A DNA stretch of 64,000 bases, from assembly GCA_964035545.1 (NCBI GenBank), contig OZ037767.1:13873801-13937800 (forward strand), read 5' to 3'. The translations under genes were made by a program, and so were the position numbers. Below, one piece after another: positions 1-13,034 of this stretch (positions are counted from its first letter, which is position 1; each line of letters opens with the position of its first letter). Origin of the DNA: Bugula neritina (Eukaryota; Animalia; Bryozoa). The notes beneath the pieces were generated by a model. That model was not told the DNA's origin. It did not search any database and worked only from the letters and a program-made list of their open reading frames with translations.

Positions 1-2522
1 AGTGGAAGGGAATCTTCAAGAAGTATGACGCTGACAAATCTGGTTCCTTCAACTCCTATGAACTGAGACAAGCGTGCAAGTCCGCAGGTAAAGTTCTTTT
101 AGTCTGCAGGTAATACAAAGCTAGTGATTTTAGGTAACATTTGTACTGGTAATAATGGCGCAGATAATAATTGGGTAAAACTGGCACACTGATGTTAAAT
201 TTTCTCAAACCCCAAACTCCAATATTGAAAATGTGCCACTATTACTTGTGCCATTATACCGGACACCAAAGCTAGCATTAAGGCCTGGCCACACACTCCT
301 GAGAATCACACAAAATCGTCTATTTTATATGAAAACACAAACGTACGATCAAATTTGAGGGAATTTATGTGAAATTGTGTTCGTTGGGTGCACCCACCGA
401 AAACAATGGACAAAAAAGCGCAATTGACAATTAGCACCATTCGATTGGTCAATAGAATTTTAACAACAGTGATTATTTAGTTTCTACCACATTTCTGTGT
501 CTGGCAATTTTCTGTTGTTTGTATCTCGTGCAAGACTCATTAACCGCTATTTATTATGTGTTTCGTCTGACAAGTGTGTGGCTGGTCATAAAGAGAGGGT
601 AACTCACGAAAATCGTCACACGGGTTTCGTGTGATTCTTACGAGAGTGTGGCCAGGCCTTTAGGCTATCGTTAGATATTGGTGTTATATTAATGTGACTG
701 AGTAACACTCAGAGTAGTGAATTACATAACATCTCCTCCCACAGGTTACCGACTAAGTAACGGTGTATTCACCTGCATTGTGATGAGATTCGCCAACAGG
801 GCTGGATTCATTGAGTTTGACGACTTCATTCTCTGTCTGACCAGACTCAAAGCTTTGAATGGTAAGTATTCTAGTATTCTAGTATTCTAGTCCGTACATC
901 CTAATGTACTCATCTGGTGTCTCTTGCATCTTATTTGTATTATATGCAGTTTCTCCCACCCCCCTTGTCTATGTATTTTCATCTTAGAAAGTGACTAAGT
1001 AAAACGTTAGTTGAGAAATCCTCAAATAAATTTTGTTCTACAAGTGAGCACAACTCCTAGGTTTGAATTCACTAACTATAAATGTTATAATCAGCACTGC
1101 TAAGTTTATAACTACCTGCTAGTTGTTAATCTTTTGGCAAAAGGTGGCCAAACCGAAGTGATTGGTTTCTTGGTTGACACATGCAATGTATTGATACTTT
1201 GTCCTCAGGCATGGTGTGTTCCTCCACCACAGTACCCTCACACAGTGTCCCCCCCCCCTCTCCACAGTGCCCACACACAGTGTCCCCCCCACCACAGTGC
1301 CCTCAAACATCACATTCCACATTCTCAACATCACAGACACCCACTCCCTTACTTATTTTCACCTGTATAAACTTCAAGCTGTTACTAAATTTCTGCAAAT
1401 TAAATTTTGCTCGCATAAACTGGTGGTTTCTTTGTTCTTGTTGTTGCTATTGTATCACACTGTTCTAGATTTCTACAAGTCAAAACTCGCAAACAGTAAG
1501 TGTATTCTCACAGTGTACTTCACGCTGTAAGATGTTGCTGCCGTTACTTGTTAATAACCTTTACACAGTTTACGAAGCTGACCATTCTATCTAAAATCAG
1601 TTATTGGTCTAACAATGGGAAGAAAATATATGTCATCACTTTGTAACCAGGCTTGCGATTGGCTGAACTATTTTCAGCTAGATTTTATAAGTGCTACTTC
1701 ATTTTTATATTAACTAATATATTTATCTTGACATATATTTTCTTCATTGTTCTAAGCTATGCTTTGGAAAAATAATGGTGTTTTTATCAGCAGTTCACAG
1801 TTTGATGCTTGTTTAATGCTCAAAAGTTACCAATTGTGTAATAAATGGTGTTGGTATTGCTGGGGTACCTCTAGCTTCTATTGTTATGTTTATCTTATCG
1901 CTTAGCATTGGGCCACAAAGTTACGTCAGCTAAGTTGGTTAAAGGGGCTCATTTGGCATATGGAAGGGAAATGTTATTTTAAATCTTATTCCTGCTAAAT
2001 AGTGGTTAATGGTGCTAATTACCTGAAATGAAGACTATGTTAAATAATGCATGTATTCCCCAACCTCTTATATTGTTTATTTGCCTGAAACTTTCCTGAA
2101 TAATTTATTGTTAAAGTTATTAATTTTTTTTAGGAAATCACCAGAGATGCTAAAAATACTTTCAAAAGTAACTTTACAAATATCTGTCTGGTAGTATATC
2201 GTATGTTTGTCATTGTAGACACATTTTCTGATGCCGGTACTGGCCGTAAGGCAACATTTGGGTTGGATGAAGTAAGTTGGTTTTTATTCAAGTTATTTCT
2301 TAGATTTTAAATGGAAATTTCCACCTCTTTGAAACTGATGTCTATTTTGTTTTTCAATACCAATGATTTATATTCTAAATACCACTGTTTGGCAGTGAGT
2401 GTATATAGGGTGTATTATCACAACTATTGTCATAGATGTGTGCCTAATAAACATTAAGTAATTTCAGTTATTAACTGATAGTTTGTTTATTGCAGTTTAT
2501 TCAGAATGGAATATACTCTTAG
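1..2522 (+). CDS. Calpain-type penta-EF-hand C-terminal domain (5'-partial; classical calpain large subunit most likely, other PEF protein possible)
   Basis: Phase-compatible GT-AG exons <1-87, 745-861, 2219-2271, 2496-2522. They read WKGIFKKYDADKSGSFNSYELRQACKSAG-YRLSNGVFTCIVMRFANRAGFIEFDDFILCLTRLKALN-DTFSDAGTGRKATFGLDE-FIQNGIYS*. EF-hand DxDxSG loop plus the calpain domain IV pattern (F..FD.D.SG....ELR; RF......I.FDDF). Confidence 0.85.
125..268 (-). repeat. Partial inverted copy of the MITE-like family at 9893-10111
   Basis: TTTTAGGTAA...GGTAAAACTGGCACACTGATGTTAAATTTTCTCAAACCCCAAACTCC resembles the reverse complement of 10007-10111. Confidence 0.55.
281..659. mobile_element. PIF/Harbinger-like MITE in calpain intron
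   Basis: About 35-bp imperfect TIRs (AGGCCTGGCCACACACTCCTGAGAATCACAC / GTGTGATTCTTACGAGAGTGTGGCCAGGCCT) flanked by TTA on both sides (278-280, 660-662); non-coding. Confidence 0.8.
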
Positions 2523-3129
2523 ACCGAGTTCCCGACAACGTCGTGGGATAAGAGAGTGGGAGCTGTGCTGAATGTCTCTTCATTTGGACTTACAATGAAC
2601 CTAGTCTAACATATATTATACGTCTATTTGCTTGCTTTTTCTAAATTTGTAGAAAAACAGTGAACCACTCTTTTAGTGATTTTATATGATACACATTACT
2701 TCACATGCTAAAGGAAATAGCTGCAGTGATATTCTCGGTTTATTTGTTGTACAACTTTTCAAAGTGTTGCATTTTTTATTTTGCATTTTCTATATTTCAT
2801 ATATTATCATCTTCAGTCACTGTTTTCTAAAATTATTTTATTTAGTTGCACTAAATCCAAGTGTCAATTTCATTTTTGTTGTTGAAAAATTTTATGAAAT
2901 TCAGAAGTTAAAGCTTAGTTATTTTTAGTTGGCTGTAGCTGCAGAATTTTGAACGAAAGTAGAATATAAGTTCTATATAATCTCATAAAAACTTATCTGG
3001 TGAACTGCTTCAAATTTCTCTTTTTCACTAGACCAAAGTCATACCTGATTGTCTTATAAAAGACGGCATAAAAAGGAACATTTTAACAGTTTACTTATAC
3101 CTAGCTGGTCAATATAATTCCGGGTAATG

Positions 3130-3242
3130 ATAGTGGTGTTGGCAGTAGTGGTAATGGTAGTGGTAGTAGTAGTAGAGGTGGTGGTAGTAGTAGTGGTGGT
3201 AGTAGTAGTAGTGGTAACAGTTGAGGTTTGTAGTGGTGGTGT
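3130..3242. repeat. (AGT/GGT)n trinucleotide microsatellite
   Basis: Direct inspection; source of the poly-L/P ORF 3101-3313. Confidence 0.85.
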
Positions 3243-4291
3243 AAGCGAAGCATAAACATAAAGCTACTTGTTTTCTCCCTTTCTAATGATCTGAACTTTG
3301 TCACTGAGCCCATCTGTAGAATAAAGTTGATAGAGTGTGGCCGTTGAGTCCATGGCAGCTGAATGTGAACCTAACTGCTGACTGCCATGACTGGCTATGT
3401 CTCATTAAACTACTATATACAGCAGACATAATAAACATACTGGTTATAGTCAAACCATAAAGAATACATGCCAGAGCAACGAATCAATTTTCAGTTCTGA
3501 TTTCTGGGTAAAAAAGTCAATGAAACCGTATTGATAATATTTATACTGGCCGACAGTTATTCCTGTCAATATTTTTGGGTAATTACTTCAGCAATAATTA
3601 GTTTCTGTATAATTTAGCTGTGCAATGAGACCCAATGCTAACTATTATAGACCACTTCTAAAGGTTAGGTCCCTTGAAATGGAAAACTCACATATACATA
3701 TTATCGTCTGTTACATTATACATGTACATTATCATCTGTTACATTAGTTAGTAGTGGTAGTCTCCATTTGTTAACTTGCCGTTAGCTGTTTTAGTTGATA
3801 CAATAATTGAACTGTGAGGTTTGTACCATCCAACTTTGATTAAAAATGATCAGCAGACAATATTTCGAAAATTGTTTAGATTTCAGAAAAAGAAAGCTAG
3901 ATATGATTTATTTCCTATAGAAATATTTTTTCAATATAGTAGTTTCAGACATAATAAATGCGTTCTCAAATTAAAATACCATAAAAAGGCCGAGAGGCCA
4001 TGCAATGTGTTTAGCATATTTGTTTACTAAAACAGTTTGAGGTATAAAAAGAGAAGCTGATAAATAATAAACAATTGCTGCCCTTCTGAAAAGAAATTAT
4101 ATAGCCCAGGTTTCCTAGGCAACTGTTGACTCACAGACCAAAAATAAAACAAGCTTTCTGATTAATACAAATTTACATATTTAAACTGTTTTTGAAAATT
4201 CTAATCATTTGCTCAATATGAAAAATCTTCTTAAACTTGCAAGCAAACGCTGTACATAAATTAAGGTGGAGTAAGCTATAAATCATTATAA

Positions 4292-5199
4292 TCAAGAAGC
4301 GTTGTTAATAACAAAGAAAACTATTGGTAAAATAATACATAACAAAAGTAACACAACTCCAAAAAATACAGCACAAATTGTCCAATATTTAGCTTGTTCT
4401 CTCTGATCTTCAGCCTCAGCTACGTGTCCTGTATTAGCCAATGTCCTTGCCTCTATAAATAGCACAAGGCCTATCAGAGCACATGGCACGCAGAACAATA
4501 CGACTGTCACAGTCAATGTGAGAGTGTACTGTAGTCTCCATGATGGCAGATCCGTGCGTCTGTTTCCACCCTCCTACATCAAAGATCATAATGCATGTAT
4601 ATAATTAACTATACACTAGATACTGCATTTTCTACATGGATATATATTTAACAGAAAAAGCTTTAAGAATAAATCAAATTCATTTCTCAAAAACCTGCTG
4701 TCTGTGATATGTAATATGAGCCCACTGTTCAGCCCTTGATCACGTATTGATACAGCTCTTTGCTATTCCAATTAGAGGCAAGCAACATCAACATAATTAT
4801 TTTTAACAGATTTCATTTCTCTATTTATAATGTTAATCAACTGAAAATGTTTGCATAAATGAGTGAGACATTTTGTTGCACTTAAAGCAGGTATAGTAAA
4901 TGAAGTTCCAGGATTAACCATATATTAGCAAATAAACTAAATTATATAGTTTTCATATTATTTTTTGCATTTATTAATGATATTTGCAATACATGTATAG
5001 AGTCATTGATCATATTTATCAAACCATTAACCAAATTTCTAACCACATTTTTTAAGAATGAGTTGCTAAAAATGGCCGGTTCAATAAGTTGAAGTTTTCA
5101 GAGTTAAGTTGGTCTACGTACCTTTTTCTGTTTTTGGAAATGAGCCCCATGTTGAGGGTTCAAATCTCCCTCCTGTATGACTGGATCTGTTTGGTGCAT
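4292..5199 (-). CDS. CD225/dispanin (IFITM/PRRT-like) two-hydrophobic-segment membrane protein; 5' end uncertain
   Basis: Terminal exon 4573-4292 reads EGGNRRTDLPSWRLQYTLTLTVTVVLFCVPCALIGLVLFIEARTLANTGHVAEAEDQREQAKYWTICAVFFGVVLLLLCIILPIVFFVINNAS*. This has the FCxP motif, a G..xxA....xAK intracellular loop and a C-terminal TM helix. Phase-0 upstream exon candidate 5199-5122 (MHQTDPVIQEG...); possible further exon ending at 5872. Confidence 0.65.
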
Positions 5200-5939
5200 C
5201 TACAATATTTCAGCACATAGTATCAGTAGAGAGTGTGCTTATTCATAAATCAGTATAGATATTCTAGATGGTTGTTACATCAGGCTGTATAGATTAGATT
5301 ACAATGATATAGCAGTGTTTTAAGGTCCTACCAATTGCTCGATCAAAAAATGCAGAAAGCAACTACAGCTAGAAGCGTAAATAACTATAATACAACAATA
5401 CAACTATACAACAAAGACTAAAATTTGCTGTACACAGCGTATAGTATATATAATTCAAACTAAAAGTTCTCTGTACTTTAAAATTTTGAAGTTAAGCGTT
5501 TTTTTTCCGATCCTGTGATATATCATATAGTTGTGATTTGTTTTAAAGCTGAAAGTTTAAATTAATTGCCTTTACACATCACAGCCATAATATTACATAA
5601 TAGGTAAATGTTAATTTTTATGATAAACTGTAAACACCATTATATAATACTGTATGCTTTCTGAGTATTCATACTTTTGCTTATGTCATTCTAGGTTTTT
5701 AATACACTAACTGTAATTAGAATCTAGCTAGGAGAAAAAGAGAATGTAATCATAGCTTAGGAAAAATAGCACCAAATAAGCTAACTACTCACAATTATAT
5801 TAGAAGTAACATAAGTAGACAAGTATGACATTCATCTTAATATAAACTGATTAAGTGTTGAATAAACTTACTTGACTGCTTAGTGTTTTTAGTTGGAACA
5901 TATCACTGTACCTCTCTCATGCTATGCCGTGTCCCTTTG

Positions 5940-6200
5940 TAGTGACTGTAGTATTAGTTGTAGTAGTTGCTATAGTAGTAGTAGTTGTTGTAGTAGTAGT
6001 TGTTGCTGTAGCTGTAGTAGTTGTTGTAGCTGTAATAGTACTACGTGTATAATACTGTTGCTAGTACTAATATTAGTTATAGTAACGGTATTGCTATTAG
6101 TAGTAGTACTTGTTATAGTAACTGTAGCTACTTAGTAATTGTAGTAAGCTTTCTATTAGCAGTATTAATAGAAGAATTAGTATTACTACTAGTAGTCGTA
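5940..6200. repeat. Degenerate (AGT/TGT)n microsatellite
   Basis: Direct inspection. Confidence 0.8.
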
Positions 6201-8981
6201 TTCGTATCGATACCCAAAGAACGTAGATGATGATATATATATATATATATATATTAGTAAACAAGCAAGTCAAATTAGCTAATTCCAAGCACAAGCTGTG
6301 TATAGACTCAATACATTTAACTTATTACTATTCGCTTGCTTTGATAATAGAATAATTATTACTTCAAGCTACTCTATGTTTTGAGCTGATGTGCCCATCC
6401 TGAAGTCATTAGCCAGCTATAAGTGTTAATTTTCCATACATGGTTTCTGTACATCTTGGCAATGCATTGTTTGTTGTGTGAAAGGAAGTTTATACTATAA
6501 ATAAAAGTTGTTCATTTTTCCATGACCTTTGCCACTCACTGTCTATAAAAGTGTGTCTGTAGTTGAATAGCCATCTCTAGATGTTACATAAACAATCTAA
6601 TCTCAGACAAGAGCTGTCCCAAATTTAGGCTCCACCAAAATAACCACCAGTGAAACGGAGAGTAGCCGGTGTCAACATAAAGGAGTACAACATTACAGCT
6701 GATTTTACAAATGCATATAAATTATGGCAGACAATAGCATGGGGTGAATAAATTGCTATAGGAGTTTAAACAAATAATGCAACGAATAGTACATTTTAAC
6801 CTAGACTTTAGAGATTTTAGCATGAAGATGTGGTATTTCAAAATCCAGAAGCACATAAAAAAATCATTTCGTTAAATTTTTTACCTTACATTTGGATAGT
6901 TTTTAAAGTTTGGTTTTAGAAAACCACAGGTTTAAAAATCTTTCCTGGTACCCCATCAAAAAAAAACAGCTGCAAAATTTATGGATCAATTGAAATTTTA
7001 AATGAAATTTAAAGTTAAGTGAGTAGTGAGTATACTTGCATCTATAGTCAGTGTAAATAAAAAAATAGCTTAAAAGCCAATAAATATTCAGTGACTAGGT
7101 TTACAGATCAATAACTTCAAACCTAATGCTATGTTGTAAAAGCAGTGAGTTATAACATTAAAATCATGCTCAAATGTTGAGTAACCTCACCAGATATGCC
7201 TCTACTCATTGATTAAGTTTATAACTACTTAAAAAATTCAATTTAATCTATAGGTCAATATTCTAAATCATGTCATAAAGAGAATCTAAAGTTAAAAAAA
7301 GTAAGATCTTTACTTGAATCTGTTTGGATTTAAATTTGAGCAACAACAACATTATTTTTGTAGGAGATAAAAACAGCAAAACCATAATAAATAAGCTAAA
7401 CCCCTACCAGGATGTATATAAGTTAATATAAGAGTAGAGCCAAATAGTGACGTTGAAAGCTACCAAAACTTATGGAAAAAGCAAAAAATGCTGCATATCA
7501 GCCAAAGCATATTTTCCAACAGCTGTCAGTGTTGTTGTTGAATAGACATGTATTGCAACATTATTTAGAAAAACTTTGCTCTTATATATAAAAATATGCA
7601 TATATTTAAACATAAATTTTGTAATTATTTAGGCAACTTCGCTGTACATCAACATTATATAGGCATGATTATATTTTATGCCATTTTATAGATTAGAATA
7701 TCATCAATGGCAAAAGCAGTAACAGTGCATGCAGCTATCATCATAATGTTATTTATAATAATATTATGATACTAAATAACATAATTGTCTATAGTTGAAT
7801 TGTAAAGCTTATAAACTTTTTAATTACTACTGAAGCTATAATAATATAATAATATAACATAACATACTATATTGTAACCAGTGCAACAGCTATTGCTTTG
7901 GAGTTGCATTCTCTTTATATTTGATGAGCTTTAAAAGTGGTAATCGTCTTCTCTTGTCAACAATACCAAATATAAAACAAAATATTTCTGCATAAATTCA
8001 CAACACAAAGTGAGGAATATGTCCAAAGATCTTATTTGGGCACTTAAAGTCACCTTATAGCTAATCTAAAATTCTGTTAGAAATATTAACAACCTAATAA
8101 TAACGAGATATACCGAGTCTATTGTAATTGCAGATAGAAGTGGGCTTGTCAATTAAAATCAGCACTAATTCTTCAATCTGCAATGGTTTAGAATCTGGTC
8201 TTTTATTTCAATTTCATCCAATTTTCAAATAATTTATATTTTATAGAATAATAAATTTTTATAGTCTAAGTACAACTACCCAAAAGCAATTACTATAGCA
8301 ATATCCAAGGTAGGCACTTATGGCTTTTAGTAGAAGGTTTTTGTGGCTTCAATAGAGTTAGTCATTTAAAGTTGGTGAATTTGGAAGAATTACTTATATT
8401 ATCACCAAAATCAATGGGTGTTGACTCATATGGCTATTAATATATTATCAACAAAATATTAATTTGCATTCCATTCATTCACTTTTCCACTTTATATTTT
8501 GTAATTCAAAGTAAACAAATGGCAAGCATCGACATAAACTGAATGAGATGTAAACAAAACATTGTGCTGCACTTCCTGTACGTATTACGTACAGGCAGTG
8601 CAGCACAATTTTGCATACATCATATTTTTAAAGATTTGAGTTGAGAATAAAAAAACACATAATTTTGTTTGGAAAATATTTTTTGCTAAAATTGTAATTG
8701 TAATTTTACTAATATTAATATAACTAATTAGCAAAAACACTCATAAGAAACTTAGCTACATTGTAAAAGCTTGTTTCTTTTCTCTTATTCACTCTGACCT
8801 TATTATAATATTATTTCTATCTTGGTTAGTTTTGGCTAAATTTACTTCTTTTACTCTTATATATTATAATAAATTAATTTCTCTCATTATGTTAAAAGAT
8901 ATATAATGTTCTGAGATGCCTCATGTCTCGCATACTTACATATAGCTTTTAACCTTCCACTACACAATGCTGCTACGTAGT

Positions 8982-9194
8982 AAACTCACTCAAGTTTATA
9001 GCCATCATCCCTGGGAGAAAGAGAAAAGCTTTTGTTAAAGCAGGCTTAAGACTTCTTCATATGTGACACAGGAGCAATTATAACTGGATGCTCTTCCCAA
9101 CATCACCAATAGCCTTTGTTGGGGATCTAACCCATGACTTTGTGTTTAATAGGCAATTGCTCTAAAGTCTAACTCCTAGACCACGGCTGCTCCC
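8982..9194 (-). mobile_element. tRNA-derived SINE, family A copy 1
   Basis: Reverse complement matches 13746-13970: GGGAGCAGCCGTGGTCTAG head, GTCATGGGTT B-box region, TTGGTGATGTT-GGAAGAGCATCCAG core, TATAAACTTG..GAGTTT tail. Confidence 0.85.
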
Positions 9195-9892
9195 TATGCT
9201 GATACATAGTAAGGCGGAGATTATTTGAGAAAGTGGTGGTTAGGTATAACACTATTACATAATACTTATATTGTATTTACAGAACTTTGTTAATTTTCTA
9301 TAAAGCTATATTAGGCAAAGAGATAAACAATGAAAATATTCTTAGAAAACCATAAAACAAAATAGTTATAATGCATTTAGCATTATATGCCTCAAGCTTG
9401 GCTGTACAACTTTGAATATCTAATAGAAGAAAAAATATTATTGTTTTTGGTTTTCTCCTCTCATTGTTAAGTTTAGTGACACTAAAGTTACAAATATTTG
9501 GTTTTATACTCTTATACAAATGAAAGCCTAAGTGACAAATGCATAAACATACAGCTATAGTTATTCAGTATTTCCACTTTCTTATTGGTTACAGATTAGT
9601 AAGAGTGTAGAAGTGGGAAGAGATTTTAGCTTCTTTTTAATTGTAGAATCTTTTGTGCAATTTTTTTTATATAATTAACATGATTTCATTATAGTTATTA
9701 TAACTATAATTTAAACATAATCATACTATAAGAAATATTAAATGCACGTCATGTATTGCATTATGTGCAGTCTACATCTGAACAGTTATCATATTGTACC
9801 TTCTCCATCAAAGAGCTACATTCATTCTCTTTATTTTCAATCAGGATTATCTAATTGCAAATTATATTTTTAGCAACCATACTTTTTATCAA

Positions 9893-10111
9893 GGCACAGG
9901 TCAAAATGGCACAGGTAATAATGGCACAAATGGAAAAGCAGGTAAAATAGCACATCTTCATTATGAGAGTTTAGGGTAGGATTGGGTGTTCAGGATAGGA
10001 GTTTAGATTTGGGAATTGGGAAAATGTAACATCAGTGTGCCATTTTATCCTACTTCTCTATTTGTGCTCTTAGTATCGGTACCATTGTTACCTGTACCAT
10101 TTTTACCTAAA
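9893..10111. mobile_element. MITE-like element with subrepeated TIRs
   Basis: Left arm GGTCAAAATGGCACAGGTAATAATGGCAC is inverted relative to right arm GTACCATTGTTACCTGTACCATTTTTACC; related copy at 125-268. Confidence 0.6.
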
Positions 10112-10656
10112 ATAGTCAATATTTAATGTAATAGTTTCATCAGTTTTTTTCACAAAATTATTATGAATTGTCTTGTGCAGATGAGTAAAGCAAACATTGT
10201 TATTTCAGCTATTCTACAATGCCAACATCACTCACTAATATCAAAGCTGTAAAAAGCAGAAATTCAATATAGAAACTTTATAATAATGTTGTTTATTATT
10301 TTTATGTAAAAATGTAAATTACCAAAAATAGCTAATGTAAAACTGATAACACGATTAATGCCAACTATTGTCAATTCAAAGCACAGCTACGAGAACAGTT
10401 GTTTATATTTATCACTAAATACATTACAGTTTGATTGAAGTACAGTTTATGAAATGTATAATTTAGAATTTGCATCAAACACATTTCATAAACTAAACAC
10501 CTATATACAATTCTTAATATTATGCTACTGCAACAAAAATATTATCACATTAATATCAAATTGTAAAATATGTTACTGGTTTAGCAAATAAAGCACAAGT
10601 ATTGTCATTTGTACAGCATTTCACATCCGTATGAAACTGGCATATTGCATGCACTG

Positions 10657-10792
10657 GTATGACACCTGTGTAACACCTGTATGACATCAGCATATGACAC
10701 CTACATGACACATGTATGAAACCTACATGACACATGTATGACAACTATATGACACATGTAGGACACCTATATGACACATGTAGGACACCTAT
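10657..10792. repeat. 11-bp minisatellite (ATGACACATGT)n
   Basis: About 12 degenerate units downstream of the RING-H2 gene stop codon. Confidence 0.8.
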
Positions 10793-10897
10793 AATCAAAC
10801 AGAGCTGACATTTTATAAAGTGGTTAGCGGCTGAGTTTGTTTTCCAGTTGCATGGTTCTAGATTTAATGAGATCTCCAGCAAAAATAGAATGTTCTT

Positions 10898-12875
10898 TCA
10901 GATGTTCTGTTGATAGCCATGCCGTAAATGGTATCTGCACAAGGGGCATGTCATTCGAGATTGTAACCACTCATCAACACACTTCTTGTGGAAAGAATGG
11001 CGACAAACAAGATGTCTGAAAACATATAAAATTAGAAGATTTTCACAAATCCATCGGCTTAATTAGAGGAACGATGAAAATTCAAAGTTTTCCTTAACTT
11101 TTCTATTTTCTGAAAAAGCAAACTTTTGCCTAGAAATATAGAATGTTCCAGAAAAAAGTTCAACATTATAATTCCAATGTCTCAGGATTTTAGTAATTGG
11201 AAGTCAACAGCCTAATGCCACTCTCATAGCTGTTCTTACCTTATCAGGTCATTCTTCAAGTATTCACCGAGGCAAATTGTGCAGAATTTCTCACTCTTAT
11301 GATCGGCGTAGGTTGTGATGTATGATTTAACTATTAGTAGTTTTTTATATGAGTTCAGATGAAGCTATAACTCAAAGTTATACAGAATTCTTGTAATTGA
11401 AAAATATATAAAATAATTGTACATATACCTTGACAATGCTGACAACTTAAACATATCTTTCAAAGTATTCTAATTTAACCTATATTTAATAGATTGGTAA
11501 TATAGAAGTTTAAATCTTTGCTTGAGAGAAAGTGGGGGGAGAGAGATAGAGGAAGAGTGAGTGAGTGAGTGAGTGAGTGAGTGAGTGAGTGAGTGAGTGA
11601 GTGAGTGAGTGAGCGTGCTGGTGTGTGTGTGTGTATACAGTATTACAAACCACTCTTATATTACTAACTAGCTTTTTCAATATAGAAACTAGTTTTATGT
11701 GAATGAGTAAATAATCAGAATAAATTGGGCAGGAAAGATTAACTAGAAAATTTGGCCAAAGGAGTAGACCCTGAGAATGGATTAAAAAGGACTTGAAAAA
11801 TGGTTTAGAATCTAGATAGATGAACCTCAAGAATGGGCCAGAAATATGAGCCTGAGAAATGGACCAGAAAGATGGACAATGGACCAACAAGATGGGCCAG
11901 AGGGATAGACCAAAAGCATGGACCAGAAAAATGGACAAACAAGCGGGCAGGCGAATGGTGGTAACATTTATATGAATGCTACAAACTCATCAAAATAAAT
12001 GCATAAACTTGAGCAAACTTTCATCATTTAATCTGTTATACTGTTCCATGCTTTCCACTTCAGCTAAAAATATTGCTAATTGATTCTTTGAAGAAGAAAT
12101 ATTTTGAGAGATACCTGGAACTGTGGTGCAGGTTGTGGGTAGAGATCATCAAGCAAGCTTGCAAACGGGCTGATTAAGCAGCGGATAATTATGTTTGATA
12201 GACCCACCATGACCATCTGGAAGGATACAGAAAGAAAGATCATCACAGATAGTTTTCAACTAGCTGTTAAATAATGCATAAATACTATAAAATGAAATGA
12301 ATTATACAAATTGAATTACTGCTTTTAACTGCTGCAATTGTAGTAAAAATAATTCTGTTATGCAACCCAAGCCTCCAAGTAACCAGAGTTGGAGGTAGGT
12401 GCAGTAATGGAGAAATTGAGAAAAGCCTGTGTTCTAGGTTAGAAATGTAGCATAAGAAATTATGTTCTCACGAGAATTTCAACCTGCCCTCCAAACCAAA
12501 ATTTACCAATAAAATAAAGAACTTAGGCTATCTCAATTTCTCCACCACTGCTCCTAAATGACTTCTCATTTACTTTCTAATAAGAGTAATTATTATAACC
12601 TGATTGTTAATTGAAAAAAAAAGAAATATTTGCTAGTAATGAACCTCTTCAATATCCTGCCTCAGGTGTAAAGCCAGCTGCCTCAGGTGTGACTGTAAAC
12701 TATAAACACCGAGTGTATAATCTACTTCTCCAGGTGTATAACAGGCTGCCTTAGATGAAGACTCTGTAGAGCTTAATCCTGCTGTAGTTGGTTGTTTACT
12801 ACTTTGACTCTCAACATAGTGTGACAGAACTGAATGGCCTATTAAATTCTGGTTGTTTGATTGTGTTATGCAATA
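10898..12875 (-). CDS. RING-H2 E3 ligase gene missed by the ORF track; probable tandem paralogue of the neighbouring RNF111-like gene (5' end undetermined)
   Basis: Open, phase-compatible exons 12875-12645 (231 nt), 12216-12115 (102), 11364-11240 (125), 11015-10898 (118). C-terminus: ...[22 protein letters not shown]|[38 protein letters not shown], a complete C3H2C3 RING-H2. Confidence 0.85.
11556..11634. repeat. (GAGT)n then (GT)n microsatellite
   Basis: Direct inspection. Confidence 0.9.
12398..12556 (+). mobile_element. Short MITE copy 1
   Basis: Own TIRs AGGTGCAGTAATGGAGAAATTGAG / CTCAATTTCTCCACCACTGCTCCT; inverted sibling at 13035-13184. Confidence 0.65.
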
Positions 12876-13034
12876 CTGTAAACATGATACAGAAGATTAT
12901 AGTACTATGTTTTGGTCTCCTATTCATAACTGCTGTAATTATATACCCTAGCTGTTAAATTTTATAGTACCGGGAAATAATTATACCTTAAGATGTGATA
13001 AATAAGTAAAATTACATTTTCTCAGCAATTGGGA

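Noticed and set aside
4695-4762. Additional 68-nt coding exon (or Sec-containing exon) of the CD225-like gene
   Set aside because: It has an in-frame TGA in the frame needed to join the terminal exon, a weak donor (GTTTTT), and I recognised no SECIS.
7300-8500. Decayed transposase or membrane-protein pseudogene
   Set aside because: The partial manual translations I tried gave no recognisable motif and frequent stops.
11510-11938. 142-aa ORF
   Set aside because: It is composed of (GAGT)n and degenerate GGACCAGAAA repeats within an intron of the RING-H2 gene.
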